A stretch of DNA of 63,068 bases, counting the filler, from Octopus bimaculoides (taxonomy: Eukaryota): assembly GCF_001194135.2 (NCBI RefSeq). It is 4 parts of 4 records of this genome, joined end to end, with 100 filler letters (N's around TTAATTAATTAA, not from the genome) between each part and the next. Parts side by side here need not be neighbours in the genome. Positions count along the whole stretch, not along the records: positions 1 to 21,085 come from NC_068999.1; 3 more parts are not named here. One strand, written 5' to 3'. The translations under genes were made by a program, and so were the position numbers. Of this stretch, positions 1 through 13,768 are shown piece after piece. The stretch's first letter is position 1. Each line of letters opens with the position of its first letter. Below the pieces are notes generated by a model. The model made no database searches and was not told where the DNA came from. It saw only the letters and a list, made by a program, of their open reading frames with translations.

Positions 1-515
1 TATATATATATATATATATATGCATTTATATACATACATTATAATATCCTTTGCACAGCAGAAACAAAGTACGTGATTAGCGATACACAGCAGATAATCC
101 GTATTAATTTTTTTTTCCTTCACTGTCACAATTGTGTGTACTTTTTAGGCTTCAGGCTTTTCATTATCGTGACGGACAGTCAAACGATAATTTGATTAAA
201 AAAAATTTAAAGAAAGAAAAAAATTTCCTCAAGATGATTCGCAAATGCTGCAAGCTAGATATTGCAGAAAAATAGACAAGCCAATCTCACGTGGAATAGA
301 ATTCAGGAAGCAGAAAGCTGACAGCAAGAAATAGCAGAACTAAAGTAAAGAAATCATGAAGAATATGGAATAAGAAACATCAAGCCTCAACGTCAACCAC
401 GCACATTTTAAGGAAAATAAATAATGCAGATTCATTAAACATTAGGAAAAATTCCTGTCAAAAGAATAGGGAAAATGTTTACCCTTCATCATATATATTT
501 TCTGTATTTCACTCA

Positions 516-1165
516 TTGGACTGTGGCTACCTCGACCGTGTCCTTGCCCTCCTAAGGGCTACTCTCCCCTCCAGTATCCACGACACTAAATATGCTCTTC
601 GTCTCTTCAAGTCTTTCTCCCCCACTCCTAGCCCCCTAAGGGCTACTCTTCCCTCCAGTATCCACGACACTAACCATGCTCTCCGTCTCTTCAACTCTTT
701 TTCCTTCTCTCCTGGCTCCTCTAAGCTTCCCTTCACTCTTGATATCAAGAGTCTATATACGGTGATCTCACACAACGAAGGACTTCTTGCACTAAAATAC
801 TTCGTAGACCTTCGACTCCAAACTGACAGCCCCCCAGTTCTTCGTCTGGTCGAACTTGTTCTCTCCCTCAAGCGGTTTTCGTTCGCGGGAGATTTTTACC
901 AACAGGTCTCGACAGAATGGGCCCCAACTATGCGAACCTGTTCGTTCTCTACGTTGAGGTCCAAATATTCTCAAAATTCACTGGTCCCACTCCCGAACTA
1001 CACGGTCGTTATACTGATGACTGTATCGGTGCGACCTCGCTTTCCCGCGAACAACTCGACTCCTTCCTCTCTTTTATCCAATCCTTCCTTCCACCTTGCC
1101 CTCGGGTTCTCCTTCACTATTTCTAACACTTCCGTCGCATTTCTCGACATTTCGGTTAACATACA
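516..1165 (+). mobile_element. Penelope-like retroelement (PLE) reverse transcriptase fragment, frameshifted
   Basis: Two overlapping frames give LDIKSLYTVI...LVELVLSLKRFSFAGDFYQQV, then MGPNYANLF...RYTDDC, and later AFLDIS. These match the PLE RT motifs (D.xSLYT, MGP.YANLF, RYxDD, FLD). Frameshift near 905-917. Confidence 0.85.
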
Positions 1166-1443
1166 CAATTATATTTATACTATTATGTGTTATGTGCAAG
1201 AGATAATTCTCATATGTAACTGGATTCGAACCTGGATTCGAACGATACAGACTGACTTTTACTCTAAAAACAATCAAAAAGTAACTTATTGCAATGGAGA
1301 TTAATTGGCTGCTGAATAAAGAATACAAACAAAGATACCTATTTTTTTTTTAAGAATAAGTCAGTTCTCTTAACCAGGAATTAAAAGTGCGAATAAATTA
1401 GTCATAGTTTCTGACTTTAGATATAAGATTATATATTTGCATA

Positions 1444-1480
<37 letters not shown>

Positions 1481-2140
1481 TGTGTGTATGTGTGTATTTG
1501 TGTGTGTTGATATACGCACGTATGTGTAATGCTATACGTAAGTTATTAATGTATACATGATTATAGGCATATTCATACGCAGGGAATGCATGTACATACG
1601 TGTATATGTATGTATGTATGTATGTAAAAACACACACACACGCACGCTCAGATGCACGTGCACTCGCACGCGCTTACACACGCACAGACACGTATACACG
1701 TATACCATCTAAACCACGTGGGTTTTAGTTTTCCTATTTAATACTGCAAATGTTTAATGAACTAATGCATAAAGCACAGAAATTAATGAGAAATAAAAGT
1801 AGTGAGTGACATGAACGAAAAACTTAGTGCTAGACGTACATTGCAATATTATAGATATCGATATGAGCTAATTACCATAGCCATTACGTGTAGTTAGAAT
1901 GAGAGGAAAGATCTTGCTAAAATTCAATTGTTTTCTGTAATACAATTAATGTAGAGTATTAGCTCGAATATAATTTTTTTGCTAAATGTATTCGGCAAAT
2001 GCATATTTCGTTACTTATACATTTATGTGCGATGGTGCGTGCTCGACTGGTTGTGCATATGTATCATATATATACGTATATATATATATATGTACAAATC
2101 CACACGCACACATACACACATACACACACGCGCACACAAG

Positions 2141-2178
<38 letters not shown>

Positions 2179-2573
2179 NNNNNNNNNNNNNNNNNNNNNN
2201 NNNNNNNNNNNNNNNNNNNNNNNNNNNNNNNNNNNNNNNNNNNNNNNNNNNNNNNNNNNNNNNNNNNNNNNNNNNNNNNNNNNNNNNNNNNNNNNNNNNN
2301 NNNNNNNNNNNNNNNNNNNNNNNNNNNNNNNNNNNNNNNNNNNNNNNNNNNNNNNNNNNNNNNNNNNNNNNNNNNNNNNNNNNNNNNNNNNNNNNNNNNN
2401 NNNNNNNNNNNNNNNNNNNNNNNNNNNNNNNNNNNNNNNNNNNNNNNNNNNNNNNNNNNNNNNNNNNNNNNNNNNNNNNNNNNNNNNNNNNNNNNNNNNN
2501 NNNNNNNNNNNNNNNNNNNNNNNNNNNNNNNNNNNNNNNNNNNNNNNNNNNNNNNNNNNNNNNNNNNNNNNNN

Positions 2574-2642
<69 letters not shown>

Positions 2643-4887
2643 GACACACACACACATATAAATGTGTGTGTATGCATATACATGTATATATATACGTATA
2701 TATGTGCGCTTGGTTGTATGTCTATGCAAATATCTACTGCCACATGTTTGTCCATATGCCATTGCATATGAAGACGTTGTCAAACGTCATTTATCTGAGT
2801 GAAAACTGGCAGTTAGGGAAATAGAAACCCATTGTTTAAACTTCTAACAACAAGCAAGTGATACAACGCTAATTGTTTAAGTCAAACTTTTGAAAAGAAC
2901 GATAACTCTAACAATAGCCTGGTTATAATTACACATGAGAGAAGGCGTTCTATGGGCACGCAAAATGGCGGAGAGTTATAAAAAAGTATAAGTGGCAATA
3001 TAGAAATCTTCGAAATATTACAAAGGTAGAGAAGCATATTTCTAGACCAAGGCCCACGCCAATGGATCTGCCAAAAATATTGTGTGATATCTGAAGGCAA
3101 ATATCGACACACGCCATTATTGAACCCTCTCTTGATATGTATATAGTCATCAGTAATGTAACTAAGCCGACATTTATGGACACATCCCGGCGTTTGATGC
3201 GATTCTGCATATCGTGAAGTAAAATTCATATTTCGTATCTAGTTTCTCTCAAATGCAACGTGATGTTATGTAACGTGAAATGCAACATAATGTAACGTGA
3301 AATGTAACGTGATGAAATATAAAGTGATGTAATGTTGTTGTGTCCAAGAGAGGTAGAAGAGATGATGCTAATAGCATTATTTTTAATTTTGTGGGAAGGA
3401 TTCCCATTTACGTTCTTTTTGTTCTTTGCGCTGTGTTTTGTTTTTATAAGGAAGTTAGATCAGAAATTCTGTAATTGAATGACCAGCGATGGCGAAGTTT
3501 CAAAACCAGCGTCTTGCAGTTTCTTCCCATAACTTTTGAGCATTCAGTTAATGTATATATGTTAGCTGCCGTTGTTTAGCACATGATGTGAGAGAGATGC
3601 AAACGTTCGTCTGCCTCTCAATACATATTACTGCATAAATATATAAATGAGTATATATATTTCTGCATGTAAGTGTGTGTTTGTGTATGTGTGTGTGTAT
3701 GTATGCATGTATTTCTGTGCGAATAAAAATTTTCAATTAACATACACGCTATTCAGATTTACATAAGAAGGAATGTATATTTATAAATATTCACAAATAT
3801 GTACTTACATAATTACCTACCTATGTACATACATACATACATTCATATATATATANNNNNNNNNNNNNNNNNNNNNNNNNNNNNNNNNNNNNNNNNNNNN
3901 NNNNNNNNNNNNNNNNNNNNNNNNNNNNNNNNNNNNNNNNNNNNNNNNNNNNNNNNNNNNNNNNNNNNNNNNNNNNNNNNNNNNNNNNNNNNNNNNNNNN
4001 NNNNNNNNNNNNNNNNNNNNNNNNNNNNNNNNNNNNNNNNNNNNNNNNNNNNNNNNNNNNNNNNNNNNNNNNNNNNNNNNNNNNNNNNNNNNNNNNNNNN
4101 NNNNNNNNNNNNNNNNNNNNNNNNNNNNNNNNNNNNNNNNNNNNNNNNNNNNNNNNNNNNNNNNNNNNNNNNNNTATATGTATATATATGTATATACATG
4201 TATTTATAAATGTATATACATGTGTGTGTGTGTATACATATATATGTTTATATGTAAGTATACATGTGAATGTGTCTGTTTATACAAATGTAAACTCACG
4301 GTTACAAAGATCTAATCGCACCACCACGTTGAATGAAAGGGCTTTAATATCAGACGTGAATACAAGATGAACAGAATAAAAGCATCAACCGAACCGCAAA
4401 CAAAATTATATACAGCAGTTTAAACAAATTAAGAGAAACACTGTCCACTATTCATTTAGTTGACACTAAGTTCACATTTGGTGCATTTACGTTAATACAT
4501 ACTTCTATCATGCACCGATTAACCTTCTGCTCAATAAAGCAATGTCGAAAAGAGAAAGAGAAGGAGAGACAGAAACAGAGAGAGAGTGAGAGAGAGAGCA
4601 AAGATTCTTTAGAAACGCATGTAAAACTCTTTGTGACTGCAGTAGCATTCACTTTTCTGCAGTGTGACTTGACAGCTACTTCCAGAAATTACCATATGCA
4701 TTGAATTATAAAGTAAGCTTTGTAGGGAACAAATCCTTCTTGTCTGTCAATTCGTAAAAATCTGTGAGCGTTTATACATCGACACGTACGATAGAGACAC
4801 ACGTAATCGAGCATAAATAAGAATATTCTCACGGATAGATATTCATATACATATGTATGTATGCATGTGTAAATATGCACACACACA

Positions 4888-4978
<91 letters not shown>

Positions 4979-5632
4979 ATGTGCATACATACACACACAC
5001 ATACACACACATACATATATATATATATATATGTATGTATATGTGCATACATACACACACATACACACACACATATATATATATGTAAGTATATGAACAT
5101 GTGCATGTTCGTGCGTGGCTGTATGGAGAAAGTGTGTGTATAAGTATTTCGTACTTATATTCATAAAATTACTTCACACCAAGCAATTTGGAAAGAGAGC
5201 GAAATAACTAGAAAATGAAATTTGGAGCCTCTGTACACATATACAAATGGCGAGACTTAGAGACACTCACACGCATACACACAGGCTTTCATACAGAGAC
5301 ATACACATACACAGACGCGCACACAAACATATCACACACACAAACACACATACACATAAACACACAGATAGACATGAACACACATAAACATACAGGTACT
5401 ATAACGTGATTCTATAGAAGGAAAATTAAGAACGTAACACATCTATATTGATATAAAAACATACATACAGACATGCATACATACATACATACATACATAC
5501 ATACATTACATTACATACATATGCAAATATTTTCATTGTTGCACATTCACGTAAATTTATACATACATACGTACATACATACATACATATATATACATAT
5601 ATGTATATATATAATTATATGTATATATATAA

Positions 5633-5666
<34 letters not shown>

Positions 5667-5688
5667 GCTAGCTATATATATATGTATG

Positions 5689-5731
<43 letters not shown>

Positions 5732-6429
5732 GCCTTACTTATTAAACTTGTGTGTACTTGTATTCAAGTGAACACATAAGAAGTAATCATTGCATCGTAG
5801 GTAATAAACGGAAATCCATTTATCACTTGAGTCTCGTCCTTCAGAATCTATTATTGATGCTATCTAACATTGATATAAACACACACAGATATACACATAT
5901 GCGTATGCGTTTACCTACGTCTATGTATGTGTATACATGGCCATATATATCTATATCTGTATTTATGTATATATTTGTTTGCGCACATACACGCATATAT
6001 ACATACATATATATATATATAGATCTGTGTGTGTGTCTGTAGTTATACGTATATCCTCAGCTCTTTCGGTGGGTTTCTTTAAACAAATAAGCTCTCTCTT
6101 GCCTCTGGCATTGTCGTTCTTTCAGTAACTCACCTCTTCATTCAGAGCTTCCCGCAGCCTCATATTTTCATCGCCATTTATAACCTTGTTGACATGTCTG
6201 ACTTTTCGATACTCACATGATAGGACGGTAGAGAGTGATCTTACTTAGGCTGCTTTGAAATTCCTCCACCACTGACGAAATATTTAGGTGGAAATTTAAG
6301 TTCTGTCTGCACAGATTGACAGAGAGAAAATCTGGAAGAACACTCGTTTGCCTTCCCCCAAATTTACTACACAACCTTGCTGTTTCCTTCCTCCCCTCAC
6401 ACACACACATAAAGGACATGATGACTTAC

Positions 6430-6807
6430 AATCTGAATATGATGCTATGCTAGGAGCCTCTATTTTAGAACTTCCACGGGGCTGATATAGGTCAAGGCCT
6501 CAGAAACAGCTGTTGAGGCGTGCTTTGTTGTGTTTGACATGCTCACTGTCTCCGTAGATGGCTTCCCAATTCGAACACAAAATTTCATGATGGCTCTTTG
6601 TTCCTGTCCATGACAAAATCGCAGACGACAACACACACGTGATCACCAATTCACAAATTTCACAACTTATGAAGTAAAAACAGCGGTGTCAATCAGCATA
6701 CTGCCTCATGAAGGTCACTGCTAGCTCTCACTGCGCACAAAACCGTGTGCTGCCATCTACTGGCGCGCTATAGAACAGGTCCGAGAACTCGTTGATACCA
6801 CCTCGTA
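6430..6807 (-). mobile_element. Degenerate mariner 5' end (TIR plus transposase N-terminus)
   Basis: Minus strand starts TA-CGAGGTGGTATCAACGAGTTCTCGG, a mariner-type TIR, at 6807. It later encodes (E)QRAIMKFCVRIGKPSTET, the EQRxxIKFCxxxGKxxTET start of mariner transposases. Confidence 0.7.
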
Positions 6808-8048
6808 CGAACGTACACGCCTATAGAAATGTGCCTGAATGAACTTGATGATTGACAGGCGAATAAATTACAGACCCTCCAACATATATAAGCAACACTT
6901 CTCAATTAAATGAAGGTTTCGTTGAAAGTCATTGCAGAGCATTACGTGGAGGAAAACAATAGGATAACTCTGTTTTTTTTTATCATTAATAATAACAGAG
7001 AATAATAAGAAACTGTAATAAACTTCTGAAGCTGAATAAACACACGATTTTAAAGCGAATGAATGCGTGTTAAAATAATAATATATCAGGAACTTTGAAA
7101 TATGGAAAATGTCAGAATTTGAATGATATTTTTGATATTATTCAGTGCTTTCATAAAGAAATTGAAATGTTGGATTCTTTTTTTTTTCTGTATAGGACGT
7201 GATATTAAATTTGTTTAATGAAGAGAAAGCTTCAGCAATGGAATAGAGTCTCAGGTGCAGTGTATAGAATGGTTGTATACATGAATGCATGTGCATCAAT
7301 ATACGCGTAAATATACAAATACATGAAAGTGCATATATGTTTNNNNNNNNNNNNNNNNNNNNNNNNNNNNNNNNNNNNNNNNNNNNNNNNNNNNNNNNNN
7401 NNNNNNNNNNNNNNNNNNNNNNNNNNNNNNNNNNNNNNNNNNNNNNNNNNNNNNNNNNNNNNNNNNNNNNNNNNNNNNNNNNNNNNNNNNNNNNNNNNNN
7501 NNNNNNNNNNNNNNNNNNNNNNNNNNNNNNNNNNNNNNNNNNNNNNNNNNNNNNNNNNNNNNNNNNNNNNNNNNNNNNNNNNNNNNNNNNNNNNNNNNNN
7601 NNNNNNNNNNNNNNNNNNNNNNNNNNNNNNNNNNNNNNNNNNNNNNNNNNNNNNNNNNNNNNNNNNNNNNNNNNNNNNNNNNNNNNNNNNNNNNNNNNNN
7701 NNNNNNNNNNNNNNNNNNNNNNNNNNNNNNNNNNNNNNNNNNNNNNNNNNNNNNNNNNNNNNNNNNNNNNNNNNNNNNNNNNNNNNNNNNNNNNNNNNNN
7801 NNNNNNNNNNNNNNNNNNNNNNNNNNNNNNNNNNNNNNNNNNNNNNNNNNNNNNNNNNNNNNNNNNNNNNNNNNNNNNNNNNNNNNNNNNNNNNNNNNNN
7901 NNNNNNNNNNNNNNNNNNNNNNNNNNNNNNNNNNNNNNNNNNNNNNNNNNNNNNNNNNNNNNNNNNNNNNNNNNNNNNNNNNNNNNNNNNNNNNNNNNNN
8001 NNNNNNNNNNNNNNNNNNNNNNNNNNNNNNNNNNNNNNNNNNNNNNNN

Positions 8049-8108
<60 letters not shown>

Positions 8109-10103
8109 GCACGCGTACGCGCACACATAATGCAAAATGGTATTCAGTCCTGTAACTTCCAATGAAAGCTACAACATGCCAAACCGCACAGTCCTGAAAC
8201 TCAAGTTATGTAGCAAAAAGAAAAGCAATAAAAAAATACTATAAATATGATAAAAATGGAATATACGATCTTTATCGTAGCAGAAGCAGGAATAGAATGA
8301 TTAGAGGAAGTAATAAAAATCTTAAAATAATCTCTGGTATGATAACAAAAATTTTGACAGTTTAATGACTGTAGGTGCTTCACGCAATAATGGAATAGGT
8401 TAAAGAGGAATAATACGTAAAGAACCTGATCTCATTATAAAAGGTTTGTTAAAAATAACGGAATCCATTAAGGCGAATATCTGGAAGAGATATGTAAATG
8501 ATGTGTACCCATTCACTATCAGTCTTCTCCATCTACTGTTCTTTGTAGCGTCGTGTAATTAGGCACTTCTTCCATAAGGACCAGTCCAAAACAGAATGAG
8601 TACCTCAAAACCCATTAAGACATTTTGGAACCGTCTTGGAAACTTACAGAGGAAAATGAGACGTTTTGGTGTAACCGGTTTGTCGCTCCCTATTTGGCGT
8701 CGCTGATTCATAGGCCACTTTTTTTTTTTCGCATCAGGCGTTTTAATGTTTCTCTAGTTGTCTATGCTCTGTCACGTTGTCTGTCTGTCTGTCTGTCTCT
8801 CGTTGTATATACGAGGAGAGAGAAAGCGTTCATGTCGATCGCCTTCATATAATACATTGTGATGTTTTTTCTCGCTCACTCACTAACTCGCTCTGTAAGT
8901 ATATATTTCTGCACACTTACCGGTATATGTATATATCTATATATGTATGTATATGTGTGTTTGTGTTGTGTTGTCTGTGTGTGTGTGTGTGTGTGCGCGC
9001 GCGCGCACACGCGCACACACGTATGTCTGTGTCTATGTGTCTGTAAGTGTGTGTATTTGCTTCCAGTACCAAAAAGTTCTGTCGCTGAAACAAGTACATT
9101 ATCCAGCCAGTCGTGCCAAACTGCTGGCGTCCAAACAGCTGCGCCCTATGGTCTCATGCAGCAAAGCATTGCTCAGAACACAGAGGATGAAAGGCAGATT
9201 CCAAGAGCATCGGACATACATGTCTGTATGTAAACCAATACTGTCTCAGACTTACATCGCTGGAAGCTTCACAGACGTAAAAACACGTTGCAGGGACTTT
9301 TCCGCTCTGCTTTTGGCCAGAATCGAAACCTTCTGAGAATTTACACACTTTTATGTCTGCAAAAACTTTTGAAACTTAAAGGTAATTAAAAATCTTTATA
9401 TACTAATATTTTATATTTAATCTCCTTGATGCCTGTTAAATGTATTCATTTGATATTACAGCACACACATCCACCCATATATACACATAGGCACGTACAC
9501 ACATACATACGTACATACATACATGCATACATACATACATACATACATACGTACATACATACAGACACACACACTCACATATAAACGCACTCGTATACAC
9601 ACACGTACGTGCTTATACTTATGTAGGCATATATGTCTGCGTTTAGAAATGTGAGTATACGGGTGTATATATGTAAGTACACGCACATACACACATACAT
9701 ACCAATTTATATGTGCGTCGTTTTGTGTAATGAGAATGCGAGAATAAGAATATATTTTAATTCTACTTAAACATACTTAGAAGATTAATACGTAGGGATT
9801 CATTCATAACACTTAGGAAAGATTGTAGAAAAAGTTTGAGACTGGCAAACAATGAACAACAGAAACATATGTGGAGAATAAACAACGTAAAAATATAATA
9901 TATGATATAATGTATGATATGTATGTTTGTGTAATAAATAAATAAATTCAATATTAACCATAAAATTTGTGTAAGGCAAAATACTTATATACAGCTGTAT
10001 AGATATGTATAGCTGTATATAAATATATCATGAAATATACACAAAGAAAAATGTCACATAATATATATGAAGACAAGTACCGTTACATAAGATAAAATAT
10101 ATG

Positions 10104-10190
<87 letters not shown>

Positions 10191-10846
10191 TGTATGTATG
10201 TATGTAGCGTGTTAAGAATTCTTTGAAAGATTTTATTTTGTTAGAGATCTCTCTATAAATTTTCAAAGTAAATTCTTGAGATAGAACTGTATCTTTAATT
10301 ATCAAGCACCACAACATTAAAACATTTTTAAATACCATCAGGTTTGTTGGAGTGTCTAAGCACATTATGTCAATTAATCTACCGGGAATAAAGTCTGAGA
10401 ATCTGTGACATTCATGACTTTTGAAGTGGATTATCTGTGTCCAAGATATACAATACATTCTCTAGAGATACCTATGTTCGTTTCTGATTTGGATCCCTTC
10501 GTTACTTTCTGTATATAACTGGGGCAATGTTATAATAATTATTTGTTTATTTGTTTCATATTTTTCTGTGATCATAGATATCCCCAAAGACGTTCAGGTA
10601 GTGTCCATTCTCTCTCTCCCGTTTCGAACATTGGGAGTAAATTATCTGGGAGTCGATTATCCAACATTTCCTTCTGCTTTTGAAACAGAATGTTGTGAGT
10701 TCTGTGATATTTATGTGCTATTTCTATAATGTCTGAGAACCGTTTGGCAGGTACATCGTGGTTACATAAGATAACAATCTGTAGCAAATGGTCACTAAAT
10801 TCTTAACCAGGAATTGAAACCTTGTTCTGCTTGGGTTTGATATACA

Positions 10847-10896
<50 letters not shown>

Positions 10897-12406
10897 AAGT
10901 GAACTGATAGGAAGCAGAGACTGAAAAATTTTCAGATGATGAATATTCAAGTATAAATATACAGAGATATTTCTACATAAACAGAGCAAACTTATAGAGT
11001 ATAAACACGAGAGAAAACTAAAACTGCGAAGGTATGGTATTAGAAGTCCGACACCTGTTTCTGGAGGCTCATCGTAATGTCGGTACATGTAGTTGACCAG
11101 AATAGACAACCAGTAATGGAAGCAGATAAACGTTGGATAAATCGAGCCTCCATCTTTAGGGTAGAAAGAGATCTGATACTGAAGATCATGATACAGAGAC
11201 GTTTTAAAGTGGTATAGTTAAAATCATTCTATCCTGAAGACGGTGGCTTGATTTATCCAATGTTTATTTAATTCCATTACTGATCACACCATACATTACC
11301 GACGGTCGTTTCTATAGTGCTATCGTATTTAGATACAGAATAATGTTATAAAATATCAGTCAAATTAATATATCCAAGAACATATGCTGAAACAACGTTA
11401 TCAAGGCAATCCGAAACGGGTATTCTGAACGTGAAAACTGCGTGGTTACAAAGCAAGCTTCTTAACCACAGAGCCACACCTGCTCCTGTTTGCCGAACAC
11501 ATCATGAATGTAACACTACTAATACTCCAGTGAAGGATGTGGGTCTTTTGCCTTAGTTCTAACCGCAGTAAGCATTCCTTGCATGCAAAATCGCTTATAC
11601 TAACCATCACTATGTTTCCCATTAGATTTAAGTATTGATTTCATGAGCTGTTTCCTTTTCAATGTCCCTAACAGAACTGCGCTGAGTAAGATTGAAAGGG
11701 AAATATATATATGTAAATCGATGTATGTAAAATTGAATTGGGAATTTACATACATCGAACTGGATGATATGATCATACAGTAGATGAATATGGAATCCCC
11801 TTATTGAAATAATCTTATAAATAAGTTGTTAGATACGGTACCAGTAACCGGAAAAAGATAAAATGAATAAATGAACGAATGAACGATCTGTATAAATGAA
11901 TGAAAATAACGTTTATTAAATGTGACTTCGGTTTAAAATGACAAAACCCAGAGAATCACGTTGTGGTGGCAAAATAAAACGGATTAGGTTTGAATATATA
12001 TATATATATATATGTACATACATGCACATATGTGTATGTATCTATTTATCTCAGGGAGAAACGTCTGATATTATTGATGCTTGAACCAAGAGGAGCGAAA
12101 ATAATGCGGAATCGTTGATGTTTAATGTAGCGTTTGAAAATATCAATGGCACTGGATATTAGGAAATCAATATATTAACGATTCCAATATCCTGGGACAT
12201 AGAACAATTGATTCTTTATTTTTCTTGGCTCATCGTAAAATGTGTTATATCTAACGGCAGACTTTAACACGGTTTTAATATGAATCTGTTAAGTAATTAT
12301 AAACTTAGAGCATCTCAGATTCGAAACCCCTATGCGTGGTTTCGAATCGTCGTTGAAAACATTTAATTTCATTTTTGTCAGAAGTATAGTGCGAAAAAAC
12401 ATGAGA

Positions 12407-12640
12407 GGTATTCTTTTCTACTCCAGGCACAAGGCCCGAAACTTTTGGGGAGGGGGACAGTCGATTAGATCTACCCCAGTACGCAACTGGTACTTAATTT
12501 ATCGACCTCGAAAGGGTGAAAGGCAAAGTCGACGTTGGCGAAATTTGAATCCAGAACGTAAAGACAGACGAAATACCGCTAAGCACTTCGCCCGGTAAAC
12601 AATATATTTCCGACGCTCTAGCGATTCTGCCAGCTCACCG
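12407..12640 (-). mobile_element. tRNA-derived SINE, family A (octopus type), with a small internal insertion
   Basis: Reverse copy of the element at 28029-28250 (ggcagaatcg...gagttcaaattccgccgaggtcgactttgcctttcatcc...aagtaccagtt). Confidence 0.8.
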
Positions 12641-12721
12641 ACTTTAAACATCTAAAATTGCAATGATTTAAAATCTAGTCACAAGTCTAGCCTTCTTTTG
12701 TAGGATAATGGTTAGCCAATA

Positions 12722-12872
12722 CAATCGCCTCCGTTTTTTGACTGGTATCTTATTTTATTGATCCCAGAGGAATGAAAGGCAAAGTTGATTATTGTAGGAT
12801 GGGAACTCAGAGAGGAAAGAGAGTAAATGCTGCAAGTTATTATCTCCAACAACTTAACGATTCTGCCAGAAT
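12722..12872 (-). mobile_element. Older, degenerate family A SINE
   Basis: actggtatcttattttattgatcccagaggaatgaaaggcaaagttga...aacgattctgccag matches family A in reverse. Confidence 0.6.
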
Positions 12873-12975
12873 TAATAAAGTATATCATTTGGCCTTCAGA
12901 TTTAACGATTAAACATTGAGAGCCGTAAACAATACCACAGGACGTTGTTTCCGACATCTTAATGGTTCAACAATT

Positions 12976-13061
<86 letters not shown>

Positions 13062-13733
13062 TGTATGCTCATATATATGTGTGAGTATGTATGTATAAAT
13101 ATATATATGCGTATTTATGAGTATGTGTTCGTGTATAAGGACTTAGACAGGACTAAATGTCACGTGTTATTAACGTTCTAAAGAGAGGTAATTCCATAAT
13201 ATCAGATGTAACTAAAAATAAACTTAGACATTCAGTGATAGATATCGACAAATTGACTACCAGATTTAGTACTGAGTAAAAGAGCAGGGCGGTAGTATTG
13301 TGTATAAAATCCTTGAAGGCGTTGCTCTGCTCTGGCATGGCTGCTGTCCAATATTCTTGCGGTTCCTTCTCCTTACTTTAATTGTTCACTGAAAGAATAA
13401 AATTACCAACACGCCGGCTGCGCTCCACTAGTAATTTAATAAAGATTTGTTTCCGTTTAGCAAGAGATAGATTGTGTAGAAGTAAAGAGAGCCAAGAGAA
13501 GAGATAGAACAGATGCGAAATAGGAGAAAGAGACAGCAAGAGTGAAAGTGAAAGTAAGAGAGTGAGAGTGAGAGAGGGTTACGTGATTGCGTCTCTATTA
13601 TATTATCTTAGTGAGACGTTATTACTAATTAATTAGAACATTATACAACGTCAAACTTCATATTAATCTAATTTAATTGGCAGACGCCTTTCATTATTTA
13701 CACCTTACTAATTTCTATGTATATGTGTGTATG

Positions 13734-13768
<35 letters not shown>

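Noticed and set aside
3250-3330. Short aatgtaacgtg minisatellite
   Set aside because: Ordinary degenerate tandem repeat with no further structure.
10572-10787. 71-aa minus-strand ORF beginning cag|ATT GTT (IV) as the next Pax exon
   Set aside because: Wrong phase, and the following residues (ILCNHD) do not match Pax2/5/8.
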